Below are positions 18,524 to 27,765 of a stretch of DNA of 64,000 bases, piece by piece. Origin of the DNA: Thermoplasmatota archaeon (lineage in GTDB: Archaea; Thermoplasmatota; E2; DHVEG-1). Position 1 is the stretch's first letter. Every line of letters begins with the position of its first letter. Both the position numbers and the translations under genes were made by a program. The stretch is taken from assembly GCA_029939595.1 (NCBI GenBank), contig JAOZSQ010000001.1, forward strand, positions 347,669 to 411,668, given 5' to 3'. The notes under the pieces are model-generated. The model made no database searches. It saw only the letters and a list, made by a program, of their open reading frames with translations, and was not told the origin of the DNA.

Positions 18524-18982
18524 TTATTTAGCTTCTGAAACCTGTTTATTATTGTTATTATTATGATGTTGTTTTGGTTTTCTTGGTTTATAATATCTTT
18601 TTTGGTTTCTTTTTAATGGAGGAGTATTTTTCAAATTGTCCTTTTTTGGATCGCTAACCGGTGTTAGCATTCTTCTTTTTTCTTCTTTAGGAATATGAGG
18701 TTGTATTGTTTGAAACGTATCTTTGTCTATGATGCGTTTTACAATTTTCATAGATTTCCAAGTTTTCCTATTTATTTCAATTATTTCTCTGGTGATTATT
18801 TGATCAATCACATTTTCCGCTTCTGCTTGTGAAACACAATCAATAGGGTTATCTGTGGTTGTGTCTTTCATAAAGGTCCATGTAGGCCAAATCCAGAATT
18901 TCCAATGTTTGCGTTGAATACGAAACAATGAACCGTTGGTTACTACACGAAACTTAAATTTATATTTTTTTAAAAAATTCAT
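18524..18982 (-). CDS. Hypothetical basic protein
   Basis: 152 aa; Trp-rich N-terminus and Lys/Asn-rich tail; overlaps the rnlA stop. Confidence 0.3.
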   Translation of the reverse strand: MNFLKKYKFKFRVVTNGSLFRIQRKHWKFWIWPTWTFMKDTTTDNPIDCVSQAEAENVIDQIITREIIEINRKTWKSMKIVKRIIDKDTFQTIQPHIPKEEKRRMLTPVSDPKKDNLKNTPPLKRNQKRYYKPRKPKQHHNNNNNKQVSEAK

Positions 18983-20124
18983 ATTTCAAATCCTTGTCTT
19001 TTGAGAAATGCCCTTGCTTCCTGTAAATGATATGTTTGTCTTAAAATTCGCCTGATTATAGTTTTACAAATTCCATCGGATGTGGGGTCTTTTAAAGACT
19101 CCATGATAGTTGGGAATAATTGACTATTTTTAAATACATTTACAAAATCTTTGCGAGATTTGTATTTGTTGTAAGTACATACTATTTTTTCAACTTCTTT
19201 CATTGTTTTGTTTATGTAATCTGAAAGAAATTTTGATAGGCGTTGAGCATTTATTTTCCGTTCATCATCATTCGGAATTTTAAGTAGGGCATCGTCTATT
19301 TGATTGTTTAATATCAAGTTAATGAGGGTATTTTCTCGCATCAAATCTTGAGTTAGAAGGTGATGCCGTTCATGATACCATTTTGTTTTTAATTTTATCT
19401 GTTTGCCATTTTTAAATGTGACAACGTAACCCTCATATTTTTCATCCGTCTCACACTTATTTATTAAATTATCTAGGTTTGTTATAGGAAAATCTTCGGT
19501 TGCCTCAATTTTACAAAATTTGATGAAATTTTGAAGGGTTTCATCAACATTATAATCAATGTATTTTCCAGATCGGTTGCATCTTATCTGAATTAATTTT
19601 AAAGATTCTTCGGGGTAATTAATAACAATCTGATTTTTTTTGCTTACATATTCAAAAAAAGGAAAGAACCAAAGTTGTTGACAGATATTTAAAAATTTTT
19701 CTAGTCTAGGATTGTTTTCTAAAATTTCCTGAGACAGTTTTGCTTGGTCACTAAAAAACGATGATATCGTTTTGGCATGAAAATGGCTTTTAAATGGAAT
19801 GAATTGAATTAGCGACCCATCCATCTTGTTTTGAATTCTTTTGATTTCTACCCCCCTTAAAACGTCATATTGAGTATCAATATTCTCATTTAGGTTAAAA
19901 AACTTTTTAAGGGCTAAATATCGGTTCGGTTCTTTTTTGTCAAAAACGAATGTAATACCTCTTAATTCCTTTGCTTCGGGGTGTTTAACGAAAAAGTTAT
20001 ATTCTGGAGCCAGCATATATTTGAAAATGTGGATTTTGGTTTCATTTATGAATTCTTCTTTTAATATAAAAGATGGATTTTTTTTAGTTATATCCAGGCA
20101 TTCTTGATAGGTTGGTAATCCCAT
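18979..20124 (-). CDS. rnlA: RNA ligase 1 (T4 RnlA family)
   Basis: 381 aa. Nucleotidyltransferase motif I KMDGSL with Lys at position 100 (T4 Rnl1 has K99). KELRGITF and KKFFNLNEN match the remembered T4 Rnl1 ECRGIMFE and EKFFNLNEN. Confidence 0.8.
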   Translation of the reverse strand: MGLPTYQECLDITKKNPSFILKEEFINETKIHIFKYMLAPEYNFFVKHPEAKELRGITFVFDKKEPNRYLALKKFFNLNENIDTQYDVLRGVEIKRIQNKMDGSLIQFIPFKSHFHAKTISSFFSDQAKLSQEILENNPRLEKFLNICQQLWFFPFFEYVSKKNQIVINYPEESLKLIQIRCNRSGKYIDYNVDETLQNFIKFCKIEATEDFPITNLDNLINKCETDEKYEGYVVTFKNGKQIKLKTKWYHERHHLLTQDLMRENTLINLILNNQIDDALLKIPNDDERKINAQRLSKFLSDYINKTMKEVEKIVCTYNKYKSRKDFVNVFKNSQLFPTIMESLKDPTSDGICKTIIRRILRQTYHLQEARAFLKRQGFEI

Positions 20125-20161
20125 GTTATTTTTTTAAGATAAATATTTAAGTAACCCATTT

Positions 20162-21280
20162 TTGGAGATTGTTATGAGAAAGATACTATGTTACTTTACG
20201 TTTATGATTTTGTCTATATCCATTATTTATGCTGGTGAATTTGATCCTATGTTAAATGGTGGTAAAAAGTGGAGAATTGGCTATATTGAAGGCGGGGAAT
20301 GGCCATCCTATCAAGAAACTTTTAGATATATGATTAAGCATCTAATAAAATATAATTGAATTAGAGGAGAGTTACCAAAATTTAAAGAAAAATCCAATAT
20401 TAAACCGGTTTGGACGTGGTTATTTAATAGAAGTAAATATTTAGAATTTGTGCCAGAAGCATATTGGACCTCTAATTGGGATAAGAATGAGAGACGAAAA
20501 AATTCTGTATCGGCACTTCGCTATTTGAAAAGAAATAAATTGGATTTGATGTTTGCATTTGGGACGTGGGCTGGTCAGGATATGGCTTTTGGAGATCATT
20601 CAATTCCAACTCTAATCATGTCAGTACGAGATCCAATTAGAGCGGGGTTAGTTAATACCAATGCTGATACAACCTATGATCATATTCATACTCGTGTTGA
20701 TATTGGACGACAAACCAGACATGTTGAATTGTTTCATTCTATTTTAGAATTTAAAAAAATGGGAATGGCGTTTGAATATTCAGAAGATGGTAGATTATAT
20801 TCAGGTTATGAACCTGTTAAGAAATTGTCTGTATCACTTGGATTTGAATTGGTGACTTGTAATGCTATTGACAACAATTGTACTAAGCAAGAAGCATATA
20901 AAGCACTAAAGAAGTGTTATGGTGAGCTAATTGCAAAAAATATTGATGTTTTATATTTGACTATTCATCGTGGTAAGACTTTGGAGACTTTGCCAAAATT
21001 ATTGAAAAATATTAAAATACCCACATACACTCAACCAAACAAACAGGCGTTTAAAGAAGTAAAATTAGGTGTCTTGTTTTCTATGTCTCAACAGTCTGCT
21101 GAAAACATGGCTCTTTTTCATACAAAAGCCATGATTAAGGTATTGAATGGTTCTGTGCCTTCTAAATTAAGTATGACATTTGTTGATCCATTGAAAATTA
21201 TTGTCAATACAAATACTGCAAGAATGATAAAATATAAGATACCGGATGATATCTTAGATATGGCGGATATTGTCTATTAG
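20162..21280 (+). pseudogene. Secreted ABC-transporter substrate-binding protein (ABC_sub_bind-like) interrupted by an in-frame TGA at 20357-20359
   Basis: A signal-peptide ORF (20162..20359) and 20450..21280 lie in the same frame, separated by a single TGA. AFGTWAGQ...IPTLIMSVRDPIRAGLV matches the AIGTPAAQ...IPIVFSAVTDPVGAGLV pattern of that family. Confidence 0.5.
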
Positions 21281-21516
21281 CATCCACCGATAGAGATCAA
21301 ATTTTTTGTGAAGAAAATACGATTGCCTACCAGGATCGTATTTTCGTCAAAACTTGATAAGTCTCCTACGATTTTTTCCCCTTCTACTGTTTTAACATTA
21401 ATTCTTTTCCCTTTTATTTTTTGCATATAAGAATAATAATTTGATTTTTTTGTATAATGTTTTTCTGCTATAAGATTATGAACAGTTAGGGGAGTATAAT
21501 TGCTCTTATGATCCAT
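21277..21516 (-). CDS. hfq: Hfq/Sm-like RNA-binding protein
   Basis: 79 aa. Sm1-like VEGEKIVGDLSSFDENTILV and Sm2-like FFTKNLISI resemble Hfq [20 protein letters not shown] and YKHAIS. Confidence 0.5.
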   Translation of the reverse strand: MDHKSNYTPLTVHNLIAEKHYTKKSNYYSYMQKIKGKRINVKTVEGEKIVGDLSSFDENTILVGNRIFFTKNLISIGGC

Positions 21517-21523
21517 ATACTCC

Positions 21524-21940
21524 TTAATGATTAAAATTCCCTTTTATTGCTTGTTTTATATTTTTTGATGCTTCTATGAATTTACTAATATCATCAAATA
21601 CGGGATCGTGTTTATCAAATCCCATAAGATATTTTAAAGCTGCCATTCGTTTTTTGTCCATTCTATCACCCAATTTTCGTTGAACCTTTCTCCAGGTATT
21701 ACAACCTTCACTTTTCCATTTAAACGCTTGTATAACGATTCTATCAATTCTGGCTTGATATTTTAAGAATTGAATTCTGCGTTCAATGCTTTCAAAATCA
21801 TCTTTGTATTTCTTTCTGAGATAATACAAACGGTTATGGTTGACTGCTGCAAACCCATGTTTTTTGATTTTCTTGATGTCGTTGCGTTCTTTTAATTGGG
21901 TTTTTGTAAGAAGTTTCGGTGAATTAAATTTTATTGGCAT
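21524..21940 (-). CDS. Hypothetical basic protein
   Basis: 138 aa. Confidence 0.3.
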   Translation of the reverse strand: MPIKFNSPKLLTKTQLKERNDIKKIKKHGFAAVNHNRLYYLRKKYKDDFESIERRIQFLKYQARIDRIVIQAFKWKSEGCNTWRKVQRKLGDRMDKKRMAALKYLMGFDKHDPVFDDISKFIEASKNIKQAIKGNFNH

Positions 21941-21941
21941 A

Positions 21942-22256
21942 TTATCTTCTTATTCGGCGTGATAGAACTATTTCTGTTTCAATGTCAAGAGATGCTTGAA
22001 TACAGATATGACTGAGTTCTCGTGCAACGAATTTATCGGTGTTTCTTTTATAAATAGATCTTAATTGGCTGTATACTTGGTCGTATATAGCATTTCCTTC
22101 TGGAGTTAACATTCCATTGATGGTGTAAAGAGGTCTTTTTCGTTGGGTTTCCATCAATGCCATTTGTTTTTGAATTTTCTTTTTGGAAACCTTTTTTATG
22201 ATTGTTTGCGGTTGTCTTCTGTTAGAAACAGGAGTGTCTTCAAAATCTTCGCTCAT
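21942..22256 (-). CDS. Hypothetical protein
   Basis: 104 aa. Confidence 0.3.
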   Translation of the reverse strand: MSEDFEDTPVSNRRQPQTIIKKVSKKKIQKQMALMETQRKRPLYTINGMLTPEGNAIYDQVYSQLRSIYKRNTDKFVARELSHICIQASLDIETEIVLSRRIRR

Positions 22257-22266
22257 ATTACCTTGA

Positions 22267-22482
22267 TTATAACAATGTAGATGGGTTTATTTCCCAACCA
22301 TAGAATGGTGATGATGGAATTGTTTCTTTTAATGTTTTGAGACTGAAGATTGCCTCGTAACTTGTATTCATTGTTTTGCTGTTTATAAGAACAACTATTT
22401 CTTCGTTATCTTGTGAAACAACGTCTACCCATTTTGTTTTACCGTGCAATAAAGATCCATATCCCTTTAATTGTACTTTCAT
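22267..22482 (-). CDS. Hypothetical small protein
   Basis: 71 aa. Confidence 0.25.
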   Translation of the reverse strand: MKVQLKGYGSLLHGKTKWVDVVSQDNEEIVVLINSKTMNTSYEAIFSLKTLKETIPSSPFYGWEINPSTLL

Positions 22483-22528
22483 TGTTATTTATCATTATTA
22501 AGATTTATAATTGGTCATGTTTAATTTT

Positions 22529-22536
22529 TATTTATA
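22529..22536 (-). promoter_or_regulatory. T4-type late promoter motif TATAAATA on the minus strand
   Basis: The plus strand reads tatttata; on the minus strand this lies about 45 nt upstream of the 22482 start codon. Confidence 0.25.
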
Positions 22537-23701
22537 ACATTCCGATTAAATTTCTAATAATGAAAAAATGATCCTCAAATATTTGACGTGGTTCAAGTTC
22601 GCCTAACGGCATCCAAAACGCCCGTTTAGCGTCATCAGATCCTCTGACTTTTGGGAGAGATTCTTCGTCTTTTAGTTGTATTAAATATGCTTTTGTGATT
22701 GTTCTTCCTCTTACTGATCTATATGGATAATCATATGTCCTTTCTTCTTTTATACTGCCTTTTAACACAGGTATAGGTATTTTTAATCTGGTTTCTTCTC
22801 TGAGTTCCCGAATCATTGCATCTATAAGTTTTTCTTCTGGATTGAGAAATCCCCCAGGAAGTGCATATAAACTCTTTCCAGGATGTGATTTTCTTTCAAC
22901 CATCAATACATGACCCGATTGGATAACAACGGCATCTACTGTTTGAAAAATGGGTTTGAATTTATCTTTGAATTCGCCCTTGTAGTGTTGTACAAAATTG
23001 TATTCTTCTTTTATATTTCTATATTCATCGGTTTTTCTGAATTCCATCAAAAAATTGATTGACGAATTTGGAACCAACGAAGATACAAAATTTTTAAATG
23101 GTTCCGGTTCAGTATAAAAGTAAGGTCCTCTAATTGATGATCCGTTAATATTTTTGTGGCTGTTTAAAAGAATTAGTTCCCATTGTGGAAACGATTTGAG
23201 ATAAAATGAAGTTGGATCTTTATCATGCCCTATTATACCAATTTTAGCCATGTTGTACATTGTTTTGCCATGTTCTTTAATAATGTACTTAATCTTTTTT
23301 TGTACTTTCAGTATCCAAAGTACATTATTATAAATGTAATCATCTAAAGGGTTTATGATAATTGGTTTTCCATCAAATTCTTCAAATAACATTTGATGAA
23401 CTTCTTCGTATATGAAAGGGTTTCGTAGGAAGCTTCTAGCTAGATTGGATGATCCTATTAGAATAATTACTTGATTAGCCAATTTAAGGGCTTCTTTGAT
23501 GATATGAGCGTGTCCATTATGTAAAGGTTGGAAACGACCAATAAAAATTAAATAATCAAATTTTTTTTTCTTTTTTGGAAAGGTTTTTGATATAGATTCT
23601 ACATATGTTTTTGCGTCTTCATCTGTTAATGGCGCATCTGTTGGTGGTTCCATAAAAGCTATATCTTCATTTTGTGGTTGTTTTAATAATGCTGTTATCA
23701 T
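22532..23701 (-). CDS. nadM: Bifunctional NMN/NaMN adenylyltransferase (archaeal NadM type) fused to a Nudix hydrolase (NatV-like)
   Basis: HxGH motif in FIGRFQPLHNGHAHII. C-terminal Nudix box GGFLNPEEKLIDAMIRELREETRL. The ORF track begins at a TTG (23713); the ATG at 23701 is the likelier start. Confidence 0.75.
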   Translation of the reverse strand: MITALLKQPQNEDIAFMEPPTDAPLTDEDAKTYVESISKTFPKKKKKFDYLIFIGRFQPLHNGHAHIIKEALKLANQVIILIGSSNLARSFLRNPFIYEEVHQMLFEEFDGKPIIINPLDDYIYNNVLWILKVQKKIKYIIKEHGKTMYNMAKIGIIGHDKDPTSFYLKSFPQWELILLNSHKNINGSSIRGPYFYTEPEPFKNFVSSLVPNSSINFLMEFRKTDEYRNIKEEYNFVQHYKGEFKDKFKPIFQTVDAVVIQSGHVLMVERKSHPGKSLYALPGGFLNPEEKLIDAMIRELREETRLKIPIPVLKGSIKEERTYDYPYRSVRGRTITKAYLIQLKDEESLPKVRGSDDAKRAFWMPLGELEPRQIFEDHFFIIRNLIGML

Positions 23702-23719
23702 ATCTTCCTCCAAGATAAT

Positions 23720-23941
23720 TCAAGATAGGTCTTTTCCCTCTTTGAATTGTTGTTTGTATGATATACGAGCTTTTTCTTCAGCTTGTTCGTATATGTTCAT
23801 ATAATCGTTTTTAATATCATTATTGAAATTAGCTGTTTGTAATGCCTCTTTAAGAAATTCCTGGTAAGGTTTTGGCTGGATAAATTTTTTTAGTTGGGTG
23901 ATCATTTTAATCTCCATTAGTTGTTTTCCCATTATACACAT
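23720..23941 (-). CDS. Hypothetical small protein
   Basis: 73 aa. Confidence 0.25.
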   Translation of the reverse strand: MCIMGKQLMEIKMITQLKKFIQPKPYQEFLKEALQTANFNNDIKNDYMNIYEQAEEKARISYKQQFKEGKDLS

Positions 23942-23962
23942 AATTTAATGGGAAAGTCAACC

Positions 23963-24310
23963 TTAGACAAATTCCAACCCATTTATATTTTGAGCATATT
24001 CTTCAAAGGTTTCCCAAAAGTCATTAATAATATTTTCTCTGCTATTCATCCATGATATACCTTTTTTGAGGTAAAGAGTTAGTAATTGTGCGTTGCGTGA
24101 TGCACATTTGATATTATCAAATGGAATTATTACTCTTTCATCTTCAAAATAAAGTTTTTTAATACAAGGCAAAGAATTGACTATTAGTGATGGAATATCT
24201 TTAAAATCAACTTGGTGTTTGCCCTTTACAGGTACATTTTTTGTGATCAATATTATTTCATTATATGGAAATATATGATTGTCACTTATATGGTAAGTTG
24301 GATTTATCAT
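23963..24310 (-). CDS. Hypothetical protein
   Basis: 115 aa; overlaps the nadE stop. Confidence 0.3.
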   Translation of the reverse strand: MINPTYHISDNHIFPYNEIILITKNVPVKGKHQVDFKDIPSLIVNSLPCIKKLYFEDERVIIPFDNIKCASRNAQLLTLYLKKGISWMNSRENIINDFWETFEEYAQNINGLEFV

Positions 24311-25122
24311 AATTCTATAAATTTTTTGAAATGTTTAGGAATATTGCAGACCGGTATTGGTTGCATTTTGTGTTGATTGGCTTTTTGAAATTTTTCATAA
24401 ATTTTCAAAACTTCTACTTGTCTATTATCCATGTTCAAAAGATTGGGTTTGTTGACAGCCCAATTTATTGCCCATTCCAATTCTTTGTATGTGGCACCGA
24501 TTTGATTTTCATCGGACCGGTTATCTTCCCATAAACCATCAGTAGGAGTGGCTTCTATAATATCTCTGGCTATTCCCAAATACCGACCCAAACCCCACAC
24601 TTCTGATTTCATCAAATCCCCAATTGGGGATATATCAACTCCACCATCTCCATATTTGGTATAAAAACCAATTCCAAAGTCTTCTACTTTATTACCGGTT
24701 CCTACTACCAAGTTATTGTTAGAACCAGCTAATGCATATAGAGTCATCATTCTTAACCTGGATTGAGTATTTGCTAACGTCAAATTGTCCAATAAAGGCA
24801 TTTCATTTTTGAATGCTTGGAATGGTTCGGTTAGATTAATTTCAATGAATGTAACATGAGGATAATTATTTTGGAGCCATTTGATATGGTTTATGGCAGA
24901 GTTACGGGCTTGTTTTTGAGGTAGTTGCATATAATATTGTGTTGGCATCACAGCAAGGGTTGTTTCATAATCTGTTTTGGCGCATAATGTGGAAACAACA
25001 GCCGAGTCAATTCCACCGGATACACCAACTACAAATCCATTCATTTTGGAATTGTCACAATATGTTTTTAGCCAATCTACTATATGTTTGGTTATCAATT
25101 TATATTTCATTTTTCCTTTCAA
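24307..25122 (-). CDS. nadE: NH3-dependent NAD+ synthetase
   Basis: PP-loop GVSGGIDSAV; 271 aa, size typical of NadE. Confidence 0.8.
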   Translation of the reverse strand: MKGKMKYKLITKHIVDWLKTYCDNSKMNGFVVGVSGGIDSAVVSTLCAKTDYETTLAVMPTQYYMQLPQKQARNSAINHIKWLQNNYPHVTFIEINLTEPFQAFKNEMPLLDNLTLANTQSRLRMMTLYALAGSNNNLVVGTGNKVEDFGIGFYTKYGDGGVDISPIGDLMKSEVWGLGRYLGIARDIIEATPTDGLWEDNRSDENQIGATYKELEWAINWAVNKPNLLNMDNRQVEVLKIYEKFQKANQHKMQPIPVCNIPKHFKKFIEL

Positions 25123-25294
25123 AAAAATTGCATTTGTAATTTTTAGTGGAAAGAATTTGCATTAAAAATCCCTCATCTGAATGTCCACTAAAAAAAAGTC
25201 GTTTTTTACAGAGTCCTAATTTGATATATTCAACATCAACCGGTTTAATTTTTTTACAATGCCAATGTTTACAATTTTTACATGCTTTTTTCAT
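25100..25294 (-). CDS. Small Cys-rich (zinc-ribbon-like) protein
   Basis: CKNCKHWHC...C in 64 aa. Confidence 0.3.
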   Translation of the reverse strand: MKKACKNCKHWHCKKIKPVDVEYIKLGLCKKRLFFSGHSDEGFLMQILSTKNYKCNFFERKNEI

Positions 25295-25296
25295 GA

Positions 25297-26445
25297 TTAT
25301 TTTATATTGAAGGTTTCTTTTAGATAATTCAAAAAAGTCTCACTTTTGCACATTCCTTTTCCTGGAGAATCACTTACTTTGGCAACTGGATGATCATTAC
25401 ATTTTATCATTTTCATGACAATTTGTATGGGTTCCAATCCCACATCATTGGTAAGATTGGTTCCGATTCCAAAAGCAGTATTGGTGTATGCTTTGAAATC
25501 ATAGTACGTTTTAATGGCTGTTGGAATAGTTAAACCGTCACTGAATATCAGTGTTTTGGTTTTGGGATCAATGCCCATTTTTTCATAATGTAGCAATGCT
25601 TTGTTACCCCATTCCAAAGGATCACCAGAATCGTGTCGCATACCATCAAACAGTTTGGAAAAGTATAAATCAAAGTCTTTTAAAAATGCGTCAAACCCAA
25701 CTGTATCAGTTAATGCAATTCCAAGTCTACCTCTATATTCTTTTGCCCAAACATCTAATGCAGCTTTTTGGAAAACGTGTAATGGTACTAGTTGTTGGAA
25801 TGCTTGTAAATATTCATGAGCCATTGTACCGATAGGTGTTATCCCAAATCTCATAGCCAGATCAACATTACTGGTTCCGATTATGTTTTGTTTGTTTTCT
25901 TTTAGGAGATATTCTAAAACAGCTATTTGCCATTTTTTAGAATATCTCCTTCTGGTTCCAAATTCGGCTATTTTAATATCTTTGCCATGTTTTCTAAGAT
26001 ATTCGGACTTTTCTGCTAGATGGATGGCTCCACCGGTCAAGTTTTTGTTGTCAGAAAAATACACTTCATTGACAGTAGCCAGGATTGGGATTTCAAAAAG
26101 TGTGGTTTGGAGCCACGGACCTTTGACATTGATACAGAGATCGTTTTTATCACACCGAATATCAACATATTGTTCGGGTACAAAGCAAAAACCTCTTAAA
26201 AAGTCTACGTAGTCTTCGCTTAGAAATCCTAATTTCAAAAGGTAGTTGGCTTCCTCATAGGTTAAATTGAGGTTTTTGAGTTTATAAATTTCTTCGCTAA
26301 TCTTCTCCAAATATGGATTGAAGTCTATGTTGGGAGTTCGGCATTTGAATTCATATTCAACCTCTACACCAGCAAAATGATGAAGTACCACTTGTTGCAT
26401 GGTGAGTTTATAAAGGTCTGTATCAAGAAGACTTGTAATTATCAT
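25297..26445 (-). CDS. pncB: Nicotinate phosphoribosyltransferase
   Basis: N-terminus SLLDTDLYKLTMQQVVLHHF...EVEYEFKCR aligns with E. coli PncB [20 protein letters not shown]...AAEFRCR. 382 aa (PncB is about 400 aa; NadV is about 490 aa). Confidence 0.75.
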   Translation of the reverse strand: MIITSLLDTDLYKLTMQQVVLHHFAGVEVEYEFKCRTPNIDFNPYLEKISEEIYKLKNLNLTYEEANYLLKLGFLSEDYVDFLRGFCFVPEQYVDIRCDKNDLCINVKGPWLQTTLFEIPILATVNEVYFSDNKNLTGGAIHLAEKSEYLRKHGKDIKIAEFGTRRRYSKKWQIAVLEYLLKENKQNIIGTSNVDLAMRFGITPIGTMAHEYLQAFQQLVPLHVFQKAALDVWAKEYRGRLGIALTDTVGFDAFLKDFDLYFSKLFDGMRHDSGDPLEWGNKALLHYEKMGIDPKTKTLIFSDGLTIPTAIKTYYDFKAYTNTAFGIGTNLTNDVGLEPIQIVMKMIKCNDHPVAKVSDSPGKGMCKSETFLNYLKETFNIK

Positions 26446-26499
26446 AATTTAACCTTTGAGTTTGTCCCGACATTTATCCCGACAAAATGGCGGGAGATT

Positions 26500-27234
26500 T
26501 TAAAAATTGAACTGAGAAGGATCAATTTGTGTACTCGGTCCGCCACTTCCTAAACTGGAACTTTGACTAGAAATGCTCTTACTTACGAACCTCCCAAGTT
26601 TTGCCAGTTTCTCCGGTGTGGCATCTCCAATATCAACAAATTCATCAAATTGGACAGTGTTCTGGTAATCGTCCAAATCCTGTTTGTATTGGCCAGTATT
26701 GACACCAATCAGAATGTTGAGGATAGATTCCATGTTCTTGTCTTTTTTGGTAGACGTAATCGCTTGTTTCACATCATCCGGTTGCATGTCCCATACAGTT
26801 TCCCAACCATCTGTTATCACGAAGTTGATGGCATTAACATCAAAATCTTGATCCCGAAGGTCTTTGGCATAGGCGGCAACGGTTTTAACAGCGTCACAAG
26901 TTGCTCCAAACAGGTTGGTATACCCACCCGCTTTCATTCCATCATAATCGGTTAATTCAATATCACCAACCGGCATGAAACCATGTACTTCATTCAGTTC
27001 TTGGTTGAAATATCCAACCCTCAAAATGATATTTTCAGAGCGATCATCTTTTCTACAAGCAAGTACCACATTCTTAACTGCTTGGATCAATTGATCTTGA
27101 AAAGAACTTACACTGGAAGATTTATCGCACCAGAGATTCACAAGAGTTTGTTCGGCAGCACCCAAATCTTCGGGGCGCACGGCACTAAATGCGAAGTTAG
27201 AGCCTTTTACCATTTGTTTACTAAGTACAGGCAT
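26500..27234 (-). CDS. von Willebrand factor A (vWA) domain protein with intact MIDAS (TerY-like)
   Basis: DxSxS in LWCDKSSSV; GGYTNLFGA; FVITDGWET. Confidence 0.55.
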   Translation of the reverse strand: MPVLSKQMVKGSNFAFSAVRPEDLGAAEQTLVNLWCDKSSSVSSFQDQLIQAVKNVVLACRKDDRSENIILRVGYFNQELNEVHGFMPVGDIELTDYDGMKAGGYTNLFGATCDAVKTVAAYAKDLRDQDFDVNAINFVITDGWETVWDMQPDDVKQAITSTKKDKNMESILNILIGVNTGQYKQDLDDYQNTVQFDEFVDIGDATPEKLAKLGRFVSKSISSQSSSLGSGGPSTQIDPSQFNF

Positions 27235-27255
27235 AGTAGCCTCCTTTATATAAGT

Positions 27256-27702
27256 TTAAAAAAGTAGTTTTGGATGTAAACTGATGTAAATCATTGCCGG
27301 ACCGCTGGCTATGAATTCATCAGCATATCCAAATTCACTGATGGAACCGATTCGGTTATTGATAGCCATGATGGTATCCCATTCAAGAGTGAATGTTGAA
27401 TTTATTGTGAATACCATTACAACTTTTTTATAGTTGTTTAGAAAAACTCTCAGAGGGCGCAATTTCAAACCTTTGAGAATTTTTCTTATTTTTTTCTTCC
27501 GTCTATCAGATATATCCTTTTCACCAGCAGTAATGAATGATGCCATATATGATGAATATTCATCTTCCATTCCTGTTTGAACAGAAATCATTTGTTTTCT
27601 GAATTCTTTGGCGAATGTATTGCTATTATCCATCATTTTTTTAAGCATCTCTACAAGTTGCTTTTGTGGGAGATACGGAATTTCAAATTTGCGCTTTGAC
27701 AT
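27256..27702 (-). CDS. Hypothetical protein
   Basis: 148 aa; its stop lies in an AAGGAGG RBS for the downstream gene. Confidence 0.3.
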   Translation of the reverse strand: MSKRKFEIPYLPQKQLVEMLKKMMDNSNTFAKEFRKQMISVQTGMEDEYSSYMASFITAGEKDISDRRKKKIRKILKGLKLRPLRVFLNNYKKVVMVFTINSTFTLEWDTIMAINNRIGSISEFGYADEFIASGPAMIYISLHPKLLF

Positions 27703-27765
27703 TGTTACTCCATGTAAAGTCTACTGACTTTGGGTTTTTCTTATAAAGAAGTCAGTAGACTTGGG

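Noticed and set aside
25297-26445. Calling the phosphoribosyltransferase NadV/Nampt (the usual phage NAD salvage enzyme)
   Set aside because: It is 382 aa versus about 490 aa for Nampt, and the N-terminus aligns residue-for-residue with E. coli PncB. It is also accompanied by a nicotinamidase and NadE, which only make sense for the deamidated route.
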